Origin: Hormiphora californensis
Taxonomy: Eukaryota > Animalia > Ctenophora
Direction of reading: 5' to 3'
Length of the DNA: 64,000 nt
NCBI GenBank assembly: GCA_020137815.1
Contig: CM035351.1
Span: 3,286,001-3,350,000 of the forward strand
A model generated the notes under the pieces. The model was not told where the DNA came from. It searched no databases and saw only the letters and a program-made list of their open reading frames with translations. This document shows, piece after piece, positions 33,778 to 48,428 of the stretch (position 1 is the stretch's first letter; the number at the start of each line of letters is the position of its first letter). The translations under genes were made by a program, and so were the position numbers.

Positions 33778-36700
33778 ATGTCAAAGTAAGTGTACATACA
33801 ACAAGCGTTGCTGTATGTTAGTCACTTGTTAATAACCCTCTCTTTCCAGGACTAATTCAACTGTTCGCACGCCGAGCTCGGTGGCCAAAACTCCCAAACG
33901 ACGGAAATGCATGGACCCGGTTGAGGTTTCCTGCCGAATCAGACCGCTCTTTGGACAAGGCTCGAAATGTGTGGAGAAGGTGGATGATAGTTTACTGAAA
34001 ATCACCGCTCCACCAACTTCTCAGCTGTACAAGAACAATCCCGTGGCACCATTTCTATACACCTTCAGCGATGTCTACGACGAGGAGGTCTCCCAGAAGG
34101 CAGTTTTTGATAAACTAGCCCTGCCCCTGGTGGAGGATGTTGTGAAGGGAAAGAACGGACTATTATTTGCTTATGGTGTTACAAACTCAGGGAAAACTCA
34201 CACAATGATTGGACAGTCTAATAATCCCGGCATTTTGCCAAGATGTTTGGACGTTGTCTTCAACACTATCGGGGAGAACCAAGCTCGACCATTTGTAAGT
34301 GGTTACATCTCAGTGTACATCTTATCCCCCTCAATTATATTCCTTCTAAGCACTTCCCCTCCCAGATATGTCTTCTAACCACATCCCCTCCTCCCAGATA
34401 TTTCGACCTGACGAGCACGAGGCGAATGGTATGAAGATCCAGGCAGAATACCAGGCAGCGGTTATGAAGCGGACACAGGAGCGAGAGAGGAAGCAAGTGG
34501 AGAGGATCAAGAGGCAAAATGGAAGACCCCAAACACCAGACATGCCTGACGAGATTAGGATACCAGACAGCACGAAACTCCACTGTGTATGTTATTAGTT
34601 GTATGATGAAGCAGTAATGGAAACTATTGTATTTTAACAAAACCAAGGTTTTGAAAACCCTGTGGGAGAGCTGAGACAGTACGAACAGTTCTAAATTCTA
34701 ATAATCTAATAATCTAACACTAAACTATTACAGGTAAATGAGGATAGTGCGTATGCTGTGTTTATCAGTTATGTGGAAGTGTATAACAACTGTATATTCG
34801 ATCTGCTTGATGATGATGTTGTGGATGATTACGGGCATGCAATCCTTCCCGAAACAAAGAAACTGGGAGAGGACAACAAACGGAGGGTATGTGATGCTAG
34901 ATTGCTGAATATTTGTATTTTACCGTCCATCCCTAACCTTCCTATACACTGCTACCTTCACTGCACTATCCTCCAAAGTACAGTATTAATCAACCCCCTC
35001 CCTACCTCTCAATAGCCTCTAATCAGCCTCTAATCAATTATTAAACAACTAACCCCCTTCTCTTCTCATCAGGTAATGTACGTGAAGGACGTGAAAGAGG
35101 TAGAGGTAAAGAGTACAGAGGAGGCATGTGCCCAGGTTTGGAAGGGACAGGAGAAAAGGAGAAAAGCAGCGACCATCCTAAATGATCGATCATCACGATC
35201 TCACAGTGTATTCAACATTCGACTAGTCCAGGTATACATTGTCTACAGTCTCCCGGGTTGTTCAGTGATGTCTGACAATATATCCACATATTGTGGAATG
35301 TGGATATCCTTCAGCATTGTGAGGGATATCACAATTTGTGAATATACCTCTACTCACATTCCACAATTGCAAAATGTTTACACACACATCTCCCACACAG
35401 GCCCCGTACGACGAGGAAGGGAAACAGATTATATTGAACAAGGAAAAGATTGCCATCTCACAGCTCTCTCTAGTAGACTTGGCTGGTTCGGAGCGGGCTT
35501 CTAAAACTAATGTAAGTGTATGTCGCCACCCCGTCTATACACCTCTCCTCCCCTCTCCCCTCCCCTCTCCATCTCTAGACACGGAAACGCAGACTACCAA
35601 TGTTTACCTATGTCTACCTAGCAGTGAATGAATATATAATGCAGGGTCTGCATTACTAACCGATTCTCTCTCTCCCTTCTCTGCATTCCTACCACCGTGG
35701 GAAGATTCCACAAATTATAGGAATCGACCGAGTAACACCTTTGACACTTCCGTATTTAGGCTACAGGTGGGACGCTAAAGGAGGCCGGTAATATTAATAA
35801 CAGCCTGATGACACTTCACACTTGTCTGGAGATTCTCCGCTCAAACCAAATGGGAAAGGGAACCAAGGTAAAATATTCCATCATACTGTCACAATGTCCT
35901 ACTAAAGAGTAGCTAAACAGTACAAAACAGCATCTATATTTTACAATTTTTTCGTCTCCAGTTGGTACCCTATCGAGAGAGCAAGTTGACACATTTGTTC
36001 AAAACCTACTTCGAGGGAACTGGGAAGGTGAAAATGATTGTTTGTGTAAACCCACGCTCAGAGGACTTCGATGAGACTGTGGTAAGTAAAACAGTGTCAT
36101 CTAAAAACTAGCAGGTCTCCTTTAAACTTCCACCTCATATTTCGGAACGAATAATTTTAAACCCCCCCCCCCTAATTCCTAATGGTAACCCCCCCCCCCC
36201 ATTGCAGCACGTGATGAAGTTCGCTGAGTTGACTCAGGATGTCCAAGTGACACGAGGACAGGAGGTACAATTCGATGACCTCGCCCCAGGACGGAGAAAG
36301 AACAACATTCTATACCAGCGGGTTTCAGCCAGCGGTCTTCTAAACAATGTCAACAACAACTTTGGATTTAATCTCCCTGCAGTTCCCCCTGCCTTTGCAA
36401 TGCCTCCCTTCCCCTCTTGGGCAGTAAGTACTTTTTGTAATGCCTCCCTTCCCCTCATGGGCAGTAAGTACTTTTTGCAATGCCTCCCTTCCCCTCATGG
36501 GCAGTAAGTACTTTTTGTAATGCCCCCCTTCCCCTCTTGGGCAGTAAGTACTTTTTGCAATGCCTCCCTTCCCCTCTTGGGCAGTAAGTACTTTTTGCAA
36601 TGCCTCCCTTCCCCTCTTGGGCAGTAAGTACTTTTTGCAATGCCTCCCTTCCCCTCTTGGGCAGTAAGTACTTTTTGCAATGCCTCCCTTCCCCTCTTGG

Positions 36701-39700
36701 GCAGTAAGTACTTTTTGCAATGCCTCCCTTCCCCTCTTGGGCAGTAAGTACTTTTTGTTTTCTGTAAGTTACAGAACTATTATAAATAACCAGGCTCATT
36801 ATCAGACCTCTAATCCCCCATTCCATCACCAGTTGGCTGATGGCTCGTCCGAGGATAAGACCCAATCAGTTTTAGCAGCCCTTCATGAACGACAGAAAAT
36901 CATCAAGGATGCTCTCTCAGACTTTGAAAAGAGAAAAGAAAGAATGCGGGTAAGCGACCGTCCCCACATCTCCCCGGTCCCCACATCTCCCCGGCCCCCT
37001 TTGGTTGTCTGGAGGTTTCTCAGACGCACAAAGGGCGAAGGGGTGGTGTATTTGTTAGAACAGGGGAATAGCTAGAGGGGGTTGTAGCTAGAGAGGGGGT
37101 AGATGTATTTGTTGTTTTAGTGTGCAGCACTACAGACCTTCCTGGATACAAACTTCACCAGACACCCTTTCTCTCACGTGCTTTTGGCACCTCTTCTCTT
37201 CTCCCTCTCTCACGTGCTTTTAGCACCTCTTCTCCCTCTTTCACGTGCTTTTAGCACCTCTTCTCCCTCTCTCACGTGCTTTTGGCACCTCTTTGCTCCC
37301 CGCTTGTGTTTTCATCATATCACCGCGGCCGACTTTTTACGGGGTAGTTTTTAACGGTGTGGAATTTAACTCACCGGCCGTATCATAGAGATTGAGATGT
37401 TTTACATTCACACATCCCCTAATCTAACTGTGTTACCTGAGATCTGTAATGATCAGTCCCTCCTCCGCTGCTGCTGTGTGTATGTGGAATCTGCAGCAGT
37501 AGACTGGTAATTCCGCTGGTATGGCCGCTCAATCTAATTCCATCCCGCTCCTTCCAATTCCCTTCTCTCTCTGTTATCTGTAAAACGTAGTCCCCCAATA
37601 TGACTCCTATGCAGCACACTGGTGGTGCAATAATTGAGTCTCCCAAGGGGGTATTATCTGCAAAACAGCGGCAGTAGCAGCGGGGGGTTTTAATAAAGAA
37701 GCGCTCCTGATAAAGCCAGATGCGTTGTCCCCTGGGATTTGAAAGCCTGTCATCAGCTGTTAGCAGCAGCAGCAACAGCTGGAGCTTATTATAGAGTTGT
37801 GATCTATCAGCATTCTGAGTGCCCTATCTTCGGAACAATCTCAACACATTCCTTCTGACAGCTCAGCCGCTGGGGTACAACAGGGGAGCCTCCTTGTTTC
37901 AATATGTTATATGCCGTGTGTCTATTATGCAAATTAGATTTTCCATGTTGGTGCAGTTAATGAGCCGTTACACGCTTCTCCTCTCCCCCTTTACCCCCCC
38001 CCTGACCTTCTTCCTAATTGGGACACGCGTCTCCTCTCCCTCCCCTTCTTCCTCTCCCTTTCTTCCTCTCCCCTTCTTCCTCTCCCTAATTGGGAAAATA
38101 TGGGATAGCTTGGATACTATAAAACTACACAGCTGTGTATAACAGGGAGACTTGAGGCGTCTGGTCTCCTTGCCCTCCCCCCTAATTGGGAAACATGATG
38201 GCCGGTGTGGCCTGGTTATCAATTGTCTCCTGATGCACAACCGCTCTCTTCACAAGCAATTTATACCCTATGCTTCTAGCTATCTCTAGTAACACCACTC
38301 CCTCTCTCCAGGCTGTCCTTGTTGCCATGGAGAAAGAGAACGACGAGCTGAGGGCCAAGACGATGGCTGGAACAGACGAAATGACAAATCTGCAATCAGA
38401 AAATGAACAGTTGAGGGACGAGAAAGCTAAGATGGAGCGGGAATTCTGGAAAATCAAGCGGGAGGTAAACACAGTCAGAAATTAGCTAGTATAGACTATA
38501 GAGAATACTATTGAATTGTTTTTGATGTCAATGTTAACAGTTCTTAGTGTTATAACATGTCAATGTTAACAGTTCTTAGTGTTATAACATGCTAACACTT
38601 CTCTCTCTTCAGAACGATAAGTTGAAGAAACACAACGTTCTATGCCAGAGTGAGATGAACAACGCCATCGACGAGAGGAAGAAGTTTGAAATGCGAATCC
38701 GAAGGGAAATGGAGAAGAGAGAAAATGACAAGAAAACCTTCAAGGCAGTGGTGGGGAGAGAAAAACAAAAATGGGAAAACAAAACTGTACGTGTTTCTTG
38801 AATCTTGTATTGATATCTGCAACCCATATTCCCTAACCCACTCCCCTCCCTTGTATATCTCATACCCCACTAAGACCTAATCCCCCACTCTGGCATGTCG
38901 CATACCTAATGACTAATTCCCCTCTCCTTACAGGAACAGCTCATCAGACAGGTGGATCTAAAATCAGCACACCAACAATCCAAACTCAGACAAGTGCTGG
39001 AAATCGTGGGCGGTGTAAGTGAGAAAGATGAAAGGAGGAAGAGAGGGAGCGCTGAGTCCTCCTCCTCTTCGACTAGTGCTAGTGAAGCTACTGTCATTTC
39101 AAGAAACACTTCCGTCTAGAAAACTGTCTAGAATATTCTTTGATTCTGATTCTAGAGAGAGAGAGAGAGAGAGAGCCGTCTAGGACTCTCTGATACGATG
39201 TGTTGTCACCACTGTGCTGGACAAATTGACACCCCTCAGTCTCCCACTCAGCTTCTCTTTTAATCCAGCACAGTGCTGACACAGTGTTTTTGTAGTGAGA
39301 GTTAGACGCACTACTCACCCTCCCTCACACTAACACTCTCCAGAACGCTGACTGCCTTGCTGCGATGAAACCCACGGAGGCGCCAGTATTTAGTGATGTT
39401 GACTTCCCAATGACATCAGAGGATGGCGGTGATGTGTTATCTAACAAGGACCCTGCTGGATATACGATACCATTCACAAGAACTAGAATGGATAACTTAG
39501 TGATACCTAGTACTACCAGTGGTTCCAGTAGTAGTTCGAGTAGTTCCAGTAGTAGTACTGAGTCCGAGGTGAAGCCTCCAACACCATTTGGAGTCAAGGT
39601 GTTACCTGACCTACCTCCACGGGGCACAACACCAAAACACCATGGTGGTGGTGGGGGATCAAGAAATGCAACACCCAAACCTGGCGGTGATCCAGGATCC

Positions 39701-41397
39701 AGAAACGCAACACCCAAACCTGCTTCCAAGAATACCACACCAAAACAACATCCCTCCCGGCAACTCTCTCCCGTTCATCATCCGAAGACAATCACCCCTA
39801 AACCCTCGCGGAATGCCACCCCGAAAAGCCCAGTTAGACACATGAAACCAGAAAGGAACCCCCCTCCCCGGCACAGTCCAACAGCAATGGAGTGCGAGGT
39901 TGTAGTGGACGATCGGCCGGAGAGACCCCTGAAGGTTCGAGTGGCACACCCAGTCGATGGTGGGGCAAAGTGGTTAAACCACCGGCCACCTGTAAACCTT
40001 GAACAAGGTAAAAAAGGTTCACAATTCACACTTGGGTCGTCCCAATAACCCACACTCTCTCTCCCCTTCCATATATCATCTCTTGTTGTAGTGTTATTGG
40101 GACTTCCCAAATTCCTCCTCTCCCTTTTTTACCCGTCGCCGCAATTCTCCGCACTGGAATTTGCTCAAAACTCTCTAAAATTTGGGAAGTCTCAAAATTT
40201 TGAATATTGTTTTGCACGTTTTTTTTCTTTCAAAAGTGAACACTCTTCAGTTACTATTGAATGTTTCGGCTCTGTAAAATTTCAAAATTAAATTGACAGC
40301 CGAAAGATATGCGTTTGATATAAACCCGACTACAGTTTTGAGCAAATATCAGCGAGGAAACGGCCACAACACCAAAAACTCTTTGTCTAACAATTTTCGC
40401 GCCATTTTTCAGTAAACATTCTGAAGCCTAACCTGGAGAACAAGAGAACTGTAGCGATTCCTGAAGTTGAGGATTTTGATGGAGAGGTAAGTGTTTGTCT
40501 GTGTGTGTGACCCCTTCTCGCCCCCTCTGTGTGGTGAGATTTGAAATGATCATCCTGCGATCCTTTTCAAATTTCGCGCTCTCTTGTGAGGGGCTATTTC
40601 GCGCGGCGCTAGTACTGTTGTCAGCACTGGGCTGCGTGGCGGCGCGCACTCTAGTTCACCGGTTCAATGACCCACTTCTGGGTTCCGATGTTCCAACCGT
40701 TTATCGTACCACCTGTGTTTATCTTATCTAAATAACCGTCAAATTCCTCCTCAGACAAATCGATATCTCCTGCAACATCAAGACCAAGACTCCAGTGGGG
40801 AGCTAAGGACACATTTCATTAAGGTTCGTAAGCAGGAAGATGTTTCAGAATTCAGAAACCGGGTTTCTGCTGATTTCTCCTCAGGCTGAAAATACAGGTA
40901 CCCAATTATGGCCAATTACGACCCTTATCCCCCACTTCTGGGATGTAAACTTTTTTTTGGTGATTAAGGACCCCTTAGACTACACTTTGGTGAAAAGAAA
41001 CCTTTGCCCTTCCACTATGCAGGGTTCGATACCCATATTCCATGGATTACAGTGTCTACCCCCAATTTCTAACTGTTCCCTCTCACAGGGTAACGTGTTT
41101 GTGTCTCAAGGGGGTGGGAGAAGTGTTCACTTTACTGATATCGAGACGATGAGTCAGAAACCCAACGCCAAGGGTGCATTCGGAGTATCCATGACAACCT
41201 ATCCACCTCCACAAGCAGACAGCGGGGAATGGACCGATACAGAAACTAGGGTGAGATTGGGGAGTCCAATTAATTCTTAAGATGTACCTAGCAACATTTA
41301 TAGTTGAGTTATTAATTACCATTCCCTAATATTTCAGTGTAAAGTTGGTGTCGGAATCCCAACTGCCCGAACGAAACCAGCCCCCATAGGACGGTAG
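33778..41397 (+). CDS. KIF23: Kinesin-6 KIF23/MKLP1 (centralspindlin motor), multi-exon
   Basis: Micro first exon ATGTCAAA|gtaagt (33778-33785) joins ..[21 protein letters not shown]. Motor motifs [55 protein letters not shown] and HVMKFAE. C-terminal MKLP1 motifs [26 protein letters not shown] and [10 protein letters not shown]. Stop TAG at 41395-41397. Confidence 0.93.
36394..36757 (+). repeat. 40-bp tandem repeat x9 spanning a KIF23 exon/intron boundary
   Basis: Unit TTTGCAATGCCTCCCTTCCCCTCTTGGGCA|GTAAGTACTT; GCAGTAAGTA recurs at 36421+40n. Confidence 0.95.
37170..37293. repeat. ~30-bp minisatellite x4 in a KIF23 intron
   Basis: CTCTCACGTGCTTTTRGCACCTCTTCTCCCT units. Confidence 0.8.
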
Positions 41398-42680
41398 CAG
41401 CCCCCACCCTTAACCCTTTCTGATATAATTGTTTGCGGATTCAAGCCGCCCCCTGTGTGGACTAAATTTGGAATTTTATGTGACACTCTGTATTCTACTC
41501 TTGCCAAGGAACACAATATTGAACGATGATGTGTGTTCAGAAGCTTTTAGACTGTGTTATTTGTTTTTTTGTGTGTATTTTTTGGACTAATTTATTAGCC
41601 TTATCTTGTGGTGTAGAGGCAAACCTTGTTCTATAACCCCACTCGTTAAACAATTCCCATAACTAAATTCGTGTTTTGATTCATGTTTGTGTCTACTTGG
41701 GTCTTGGTATCATTTCCTGTTTTAAGCAGGAAAATGATGACTTATGTGTGATGTTGCTGGAATGCGCGAAAATAAACGCACTTGATTGCTTTTTTCACTG
41801 CGCGGTCATATCACGAGCGCGCGTTTTCTTGAAAAGTTTCGACTCGCCGGAATTTTTAGATTTTGAGATTTCGTTTTTTAGATCTCTTTTCGAACTTCGA
41901 TCGTGTTTCAGGCCTCTGTAGAGGTCGTTAAGTGTTTCCATATCCTTTTACTGCAGCTTATACCGATCCTGCAGACTTATTAAGTTCGCTGCTTTCTTGA
42001 ATATACAGTTTAGGGAGTTTAAGGATGGGAAATATGAAAATAGTCTCTCCCACAGCACAACGTGGACTGTTCAGCAATTGCTTTTTGTTCATATTGTTTC
42101 AAAATTTAGGGTTCATGAGTTATAGCATCCGGATTTCTGCAAAGCTACGTCTAGCACTACGTTCCTGTACATTTTATTTAGGCTAGAGTTAACTAAACTA
42201 TTGTTTAGAGGTCTCAATTTCATCTACTTTTGTCTTTTCTCTCTGTCGATGACGAGTCCTAATCTTGTGACAGGATGTTGACTACGGGCCAAAAGTTCAA
42301 CGCCCAGAGTCTGGGCTTTGAAGTTTTGGCACCGATAACATGGCGTAATACTATATTAGATCATAAAGGTACCTGTCTCTGTTTAGAAGAGGGTTTCCCT
42401 CTCACAAGTTTCTGTCTCTGCACGGATTACGATCCCTTATAAGTGTCCCATCCTGGATTATTATGTGTCAGACACACACTCTCACCCAGACCCGCTTGAA
42501 TCTTGCAAAGTAGCGCTATTTCTGTATTACACTTGCACACTTTTGTTTGCTTCCGTTGCAGCACTCTGCAAAGCAAAACAGCCCTTATTCATACCAAGTC
42601 CTAATACCGCGTCTAAAAACATGGTATTAGTAAAGCAGCCGTCCTTGTACCGGGTATTAGTGCAACCTCTCTCGCAGGTC

Positions 42681-45009
42681 ATGGCAACACCAAAGGGAGA
42701 AAAGTTTATAAAAGATTTGCGGGAACAGAAAGAAGTGCAGTTTTATGCGATTGTGAGTAATATAATAGAATATTTATTGTATTTCGGTTTCCATCTACTT
42801 AAACTTTGTTTTTCTTATTAATGTGTATGAAATTATAGTGAATTATGTCTAAGTATTAGATTTCGGTTTCTGTATTCATAATTCCCCTTGTACCTCTCTC
42901 AGTATATTGGTAGTATAGCAGTGGAGCGATCAGTTCGAACGATGCAGTATGATTTTCGGACATCTTTAACTAAGTAATCCCCCCCCGCTATCATTTAGAG
43001 GCTCGAAAGCCCCCCTATTTGTGTTTCTGTTAGATCTCACTTTGCTTGTTGTTATGATTTAACAAGTAACTAATGGATTGTGTGATCTCAGGGAGGCTAT
43101 AGTAAAGGTCTGCAGTGCAGGGGTTGGGAAACAAGATATCAAGCGACCTAAATCCATTAAACAGATCAACAAAATACTTCCTAGTAAGTTTATAGTTATC
43201 CAATATCCCTTCTATAGAAACTAATGTGGGGGACTGATGTCTATAATTGAATCTATGGAATAGGAAAGACTTTTCCTAGTACAACACACTAACAAAATAT
43301 ATCTCCTATTATTTAGAGCCACCTTTGATAAATAAAATTGGGGTGAATTTCTCTGTTTCCTTGACGGGTCTGAAAGCAGAGGCAGCGGAGTCTCACAAGG
43401 TATATTTCACATTCTTAGGTGTAATTTGACACTCTGCCTGATAAGAAACACAATATTATAGCCTCGTGTGTACCAATAATTTTAGAAAACATTCCCCCCT
43501 CTCTCTCTCTCTCTCTGAGGAAACTTCTAGTTAGGATCCAACCACCCACTTTTTCTATTTTTTTTCGTGTCCTCCCTGTGCTAAATTACCCACTTACTAC
43601 TCACCCTTGGCCCACTATTCCTCTATGTGTTTGTATCACTTCGCCCCCTGCAGGTAATTGTAGGACATTCAATGTCGGCTATTTCCTTTGCAAGCTGTGG
43701 TGAAATGGTAAGTTCTAAATATAGCTCAGCATTATTAGTGGGGATTGTTAGGAACCCCAAATATGGCATGAAACAAATCCCCATTATACTCCAATCCATG
43801 GTACCAGTCAACATTCCAATGACGTAATTATGACGTCATAATGTTTTCAGCCCTTCAAATCGTATGTGGGATACATAGCAAAGGACCATACGCGGGGCAG
43901 GGCATGTCATGTGTTCAACTGTTTCGATGATGCGACAGAGGTTGTTTCCTACGATTGGTGAGGCATTTTCGATAAAGTACAGGGACGTCCTAGACAAGCA
44001 CAGTCAGAACAGGACACCTTTTGAGTTTATTACACTTGAGGAAGGATTCTGTAAATCAATATTTGATGATAGTGAGAATACACCTCTAAACCAGGTTTGT
44101 TGGGAGACGGGAGATAAGATGAGTGGGTTAGGGTTGTCAACTGTCATTCACGAGATCCCATAATAGGCATTGAAATTTGTCAAATATGTGATTAAAAATA
44201 TCCCGCTCAGAACGAGTCGATATACGAGAATTTAACTGCAACCCCTCCTCCCTCTCCCCCGATATCTCTAATGCCGCGGAAAGTTTCCAACAGCACATTC
44301 TACCTTCCCACCCCTCCCTGGCCACACTCGCCCTCCCTCAGACCAAAGGTAACTGCAGCATAATCTGGGGATGATTTTTGTGACCTCCCCGTGCTAACAT
44401 AAGTCTGGGGATGTTGTGACACAGCCGGCTGGTATCGGGAATCTAGAGACAGAGACGGTGTCAGAAGTTTGTGGGAGAGAGAGTGACCCTCTATCCCACA
44501 AACTCTCTGAGAGACTTCATATAATGAATCTCATATTACAAGACGTTTATTTGATAAACTGGGTGCACATTCACACAGTTTATTACAAAATCTCAGCCGC
44601 ATATATTACCTTTCCTTTTTTACCCCCCTCTCTCTCGCTCTAACTCTCCCTCTTTTCCCTGATTCCTTTCATTTATTTCTCTGTTCAAACCCTTTTTGTT
44701 TTTTTAAATCGGGGCCTGGAGAGAGGGGGGTCGAGCAAGACAATCATTCTCTAATTCGTAGACACTCTTATGATTTATATGAAGAGTGTCATATTATGAT
44801 CCAGAAATACACTGAAGCAACATCAAGAGAGAGAGTTATGGAGATGACGTGCTATCGGAAAGAGATTATACTGGTTGTTGACAGTGTTTCCTATATTGCA
44901 TGATGTCACATTGTAACGGCGTGAAGAGAGTCTACCTGTCTCTAGATGTGGGGTCATTAGCAGAATCAGGTGGAAAGATAGAAAGATAGAGAGATAGAGA
45001 GATAGAAAT

Positions 45010-45042
<33 letters not shown>

Positions 45043-45879
45043 TAGAGAGAGAAAGAATGGAGGAGCTGTCTCTGTTCAGTGATTGTGCTGGAGGTTCTCA
45101 CTAATCATCTGATTACTATCTCTGCCTATCTAACTGGGTCCATGCAAGAGAGAGACGCATGGAAAATAGGAGATTTCTTGGAGAGAGAGTTGGGAGTGAA
45201 AATCATGGAGTGAGAAAAACAATCGGGAATAGTAAGAGTGAGAGATAGAGAGGGAGAGAGAGGGAGAGAGAGAGAGATAGTGTGTGAGAGAGAAAGAGAG
45301 AAAGGAGAGAAAATATGACACAGATGACAAGCCGATGGAAAGAAAGGGAGACATGCAGACAAAAAATATTCTCAAAGGAACCGATATATCTGTGGACTGT
45401 GAGAGAAATTTTGGGAGAGTAGAAGACGAAAGAATGGTGGAAGTGTAGGGAGAGAGAGGAAGAGAGTGAGAGATAGAGAGATAAACAGATGGAGTGAAAG
45501 ATGAAGGCTGAGTTGATGACAGAGCTGGGAAATGCATTTGAGGTAATGAATCATTTTGACATGCAGAAGACAGCGCATCCTACCGCAGAAATTGGTGTAA
45601 GGAACAGAGAGAGAATGAACAAGCAGAGAGAGAGAGAGAGAACAAACAAACAAACCGACAACCTGGTTTTTATTAAAATGTGATATTTGATATTGTTTTC
45701 CAATAATGAGCGTACTGCGTCATCGATACCTAGTTTGGGGTTTCATCCATGACGAGCAAACCCAGAAATAACCCCTATGGCTGTGAGAGAGAGGGAGAAA
45801 AGGGGGAGAGAATAGATGAAGGAATGAAGGTGGGGAAAAGTCGCATATTATATGTCATGAGGTCACGAGATAAAAAGAT

Positions 45880-45932
<53 letters not shown>

Positions 45933-46204
45933 AGAGTAAACTGATAAGAGTGACCCACCGCTCCTTATTTCTTCTTCATTCTGCTGCTGCTTCATCACTG
46001 ACAATGTTTGATATTTTCTGCTTCAAGCGGCCCTCGGTAGGTTTATTAATTTTTATAACCCCCCCCCCCCTTGGCCTTTATCATTTCTTATGCTGTTATC
46101 ACTCCATTCCTCCTTCTCCAAAGCACACAATATAATGTTCGGGGTGAATTAAATATCTGTTATTTAATCTCTTCTCCGGCTGTTGAGTCCTTATTTCTCG
46201 CGCA

Positions 46205-46283
<79 letters not shown>

Positions 46284-46287
46284 TCTA

Positions 46288-46323
<36 letters not shown>

Positions 46324-48355
46324 TCTCCCTCTCTTTCTCCCCCCTCTCTCTCTCTCTCACCCCCTCTCTCTATCTCTCTCTCTCTCTCCCTCTCCCTCTC
46401 CCCCTCTCCCCTCCCTCCCTCTCTGACAGTATTCTAATTTCTGCTTTTCTTCTACTCCGTACTTTGCCTGATTGGTCTGTTCTCGCCTCTATGGGAAGGC
46501 AGACTGTACTAGACGGTGCATAATTTGTAATGTTTGAACTAGTTCGCATGGATTATGTTCGCAGGCGGTCTCAACGCAAGGTTTAATTTTTTAAATCGTT
46601 CTCTTGTCTAACATTATGCCTGTAAATGTGTTGTAATATGTTTCCTTTTCCCTCTCAGTCTGGACCTAAAAAAGAACTTGAAAATTCTCCTGTGGCCATG
46701 TCTCCGCCAGTAAGTAGAGTTGAGAATACCCTCATAGTTTGTACTAACCTTGATTTTAATTCTTATAAATGGCTATATTCTAGAACTAGTTTTTGATTAT
46801 GTGTAATGTAATTGGAATCATGACTCAAGTTGATACTATTTGATTGTTCCTTGCACCAGGTAAAGCCGCCGCGACCAAAGATTCCAGTGTATGCTAATAT
46901 TGATGATGCGGACTTAGAGCCGAGGAAAACGAAGGGTCTACCAACCTCCGGTACATCGCCTTTCCGTGTTACCTCAGGTAGGGTGTTATGTTGTAACCCT
47001 CTTTACGGTGGTGAGATAGGGTCGAGCAAGTTAGGGTACATCTTGCCTTCCTTGACCCTCTCTCACCACACCAAATTTTGTAAAGGGGGGGTAAACATAA
47101 CAGGGTGCATCTTTGTAAGATGAGGAGGGTCTTGGAGGGGGTTTAGAGATAGGGCATGTCAGGAGGGGTGAGGGACAGGAAGGTTGGCAGCTCTAGAAGG
47201 GGAGGGGGTTAGTGACATTCAGGAATGTCAATATAGCCAGAGATGGGGACATATCAAGGGAGGGAGGCCGAGGGATGGTAGGGACAGGATGGTAGGGCCA
47301 GGATGGTAGGGACAGGCTGATAAGTCCAGAGATTGGACGGAAAAGGGACAGCCCCAACTGGTAGTATAGTTAGTGTTGATAGGGACATCCCCAACTGGTA
47401 GTATAGTTAGTGTTGATCTCTTATCGTCATGCCGACTATCGGAATAATATTAAATTTGTGTTGTGTGTGATGAGTGTGTGTGGGGCTTTAGTAATTTATT
47501 AGATGGGGCAAGATGACATTCCTATGTTTCCCGGAATCATCTTTCTCTCTCATTCTCTCCCCTTCCCACCATCTCTCATTCTCCCTCCTTCTCTCCCCTT
47601 CCCAACATCTCTCTTTCTGAATTCTTACCGTCTCAACTCCTCACCATTTCTCCTGTCTCTTGATTCTCTCTCATTTCGGAGCAGTCAGAAAAAAATAAGA
47701 AGAGAGGGAAACAGAGAACTGAGTAGTGAGTGTCCGAGATGATATATGAGTCTGTTCACAGAATCTTTTTATAGAGATGAATGCCTGATGAGAAGAAGTA
47801 AACACTGATGAGGGAGCAATCATGAGCAAAAATTGAAGAGCGAGAGAGAGTGAGAGAACGAGAGAAATAGAGAAAGAGATAGAAAAGAAGAGGACGAAAG
47901 GGAGGAAGTTATGTTTTAACATGGAAACCCTCTCGTATCATATGTTCATCAGTTGTTATTGCTAAATGTTGTGACAACAGACAGAGATCATTTTACACTC
48001 ACAACCAACTGTCTCATCCCTCCTGTCACTTTGTCCCCTCCCCTCTATCTTTCTCTCTCTATCATTTTATCTCTCTCTCTCTCTCTCTCTCTCTTTATAT
48101 CTCCCTCTCCCATGATCGAACAACAGCTCAGGTAGACGAAGTTGACACACACATACACTTCTTCTCTTTCCTCTCCGTCTTCCTTGTTCTTCCAAACTGT
48201 CTCTCTCTCTATCTCTAACTCTCTCTAGTTTCTCTCTATCTTTCCATCTTGTTGTTCTACCTTTCTCTCTCTCGCCTTTCTTGCCGCCCGCTCTCCATCC
48301 TTCCGCATTTCTAGGGGTTACCATGAGATAGCTTCTGGGAGGTGTGTATGCAGGT

Positions 48356-48428
<73 letters not shown>

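Noticed and set aside
37419-37960. Possible nested gene in the large KIF23 intron (and ORF 31800-32057)
   Set aside because: They have non-ATG starts, no recognisable domain and no consistent splice structure.
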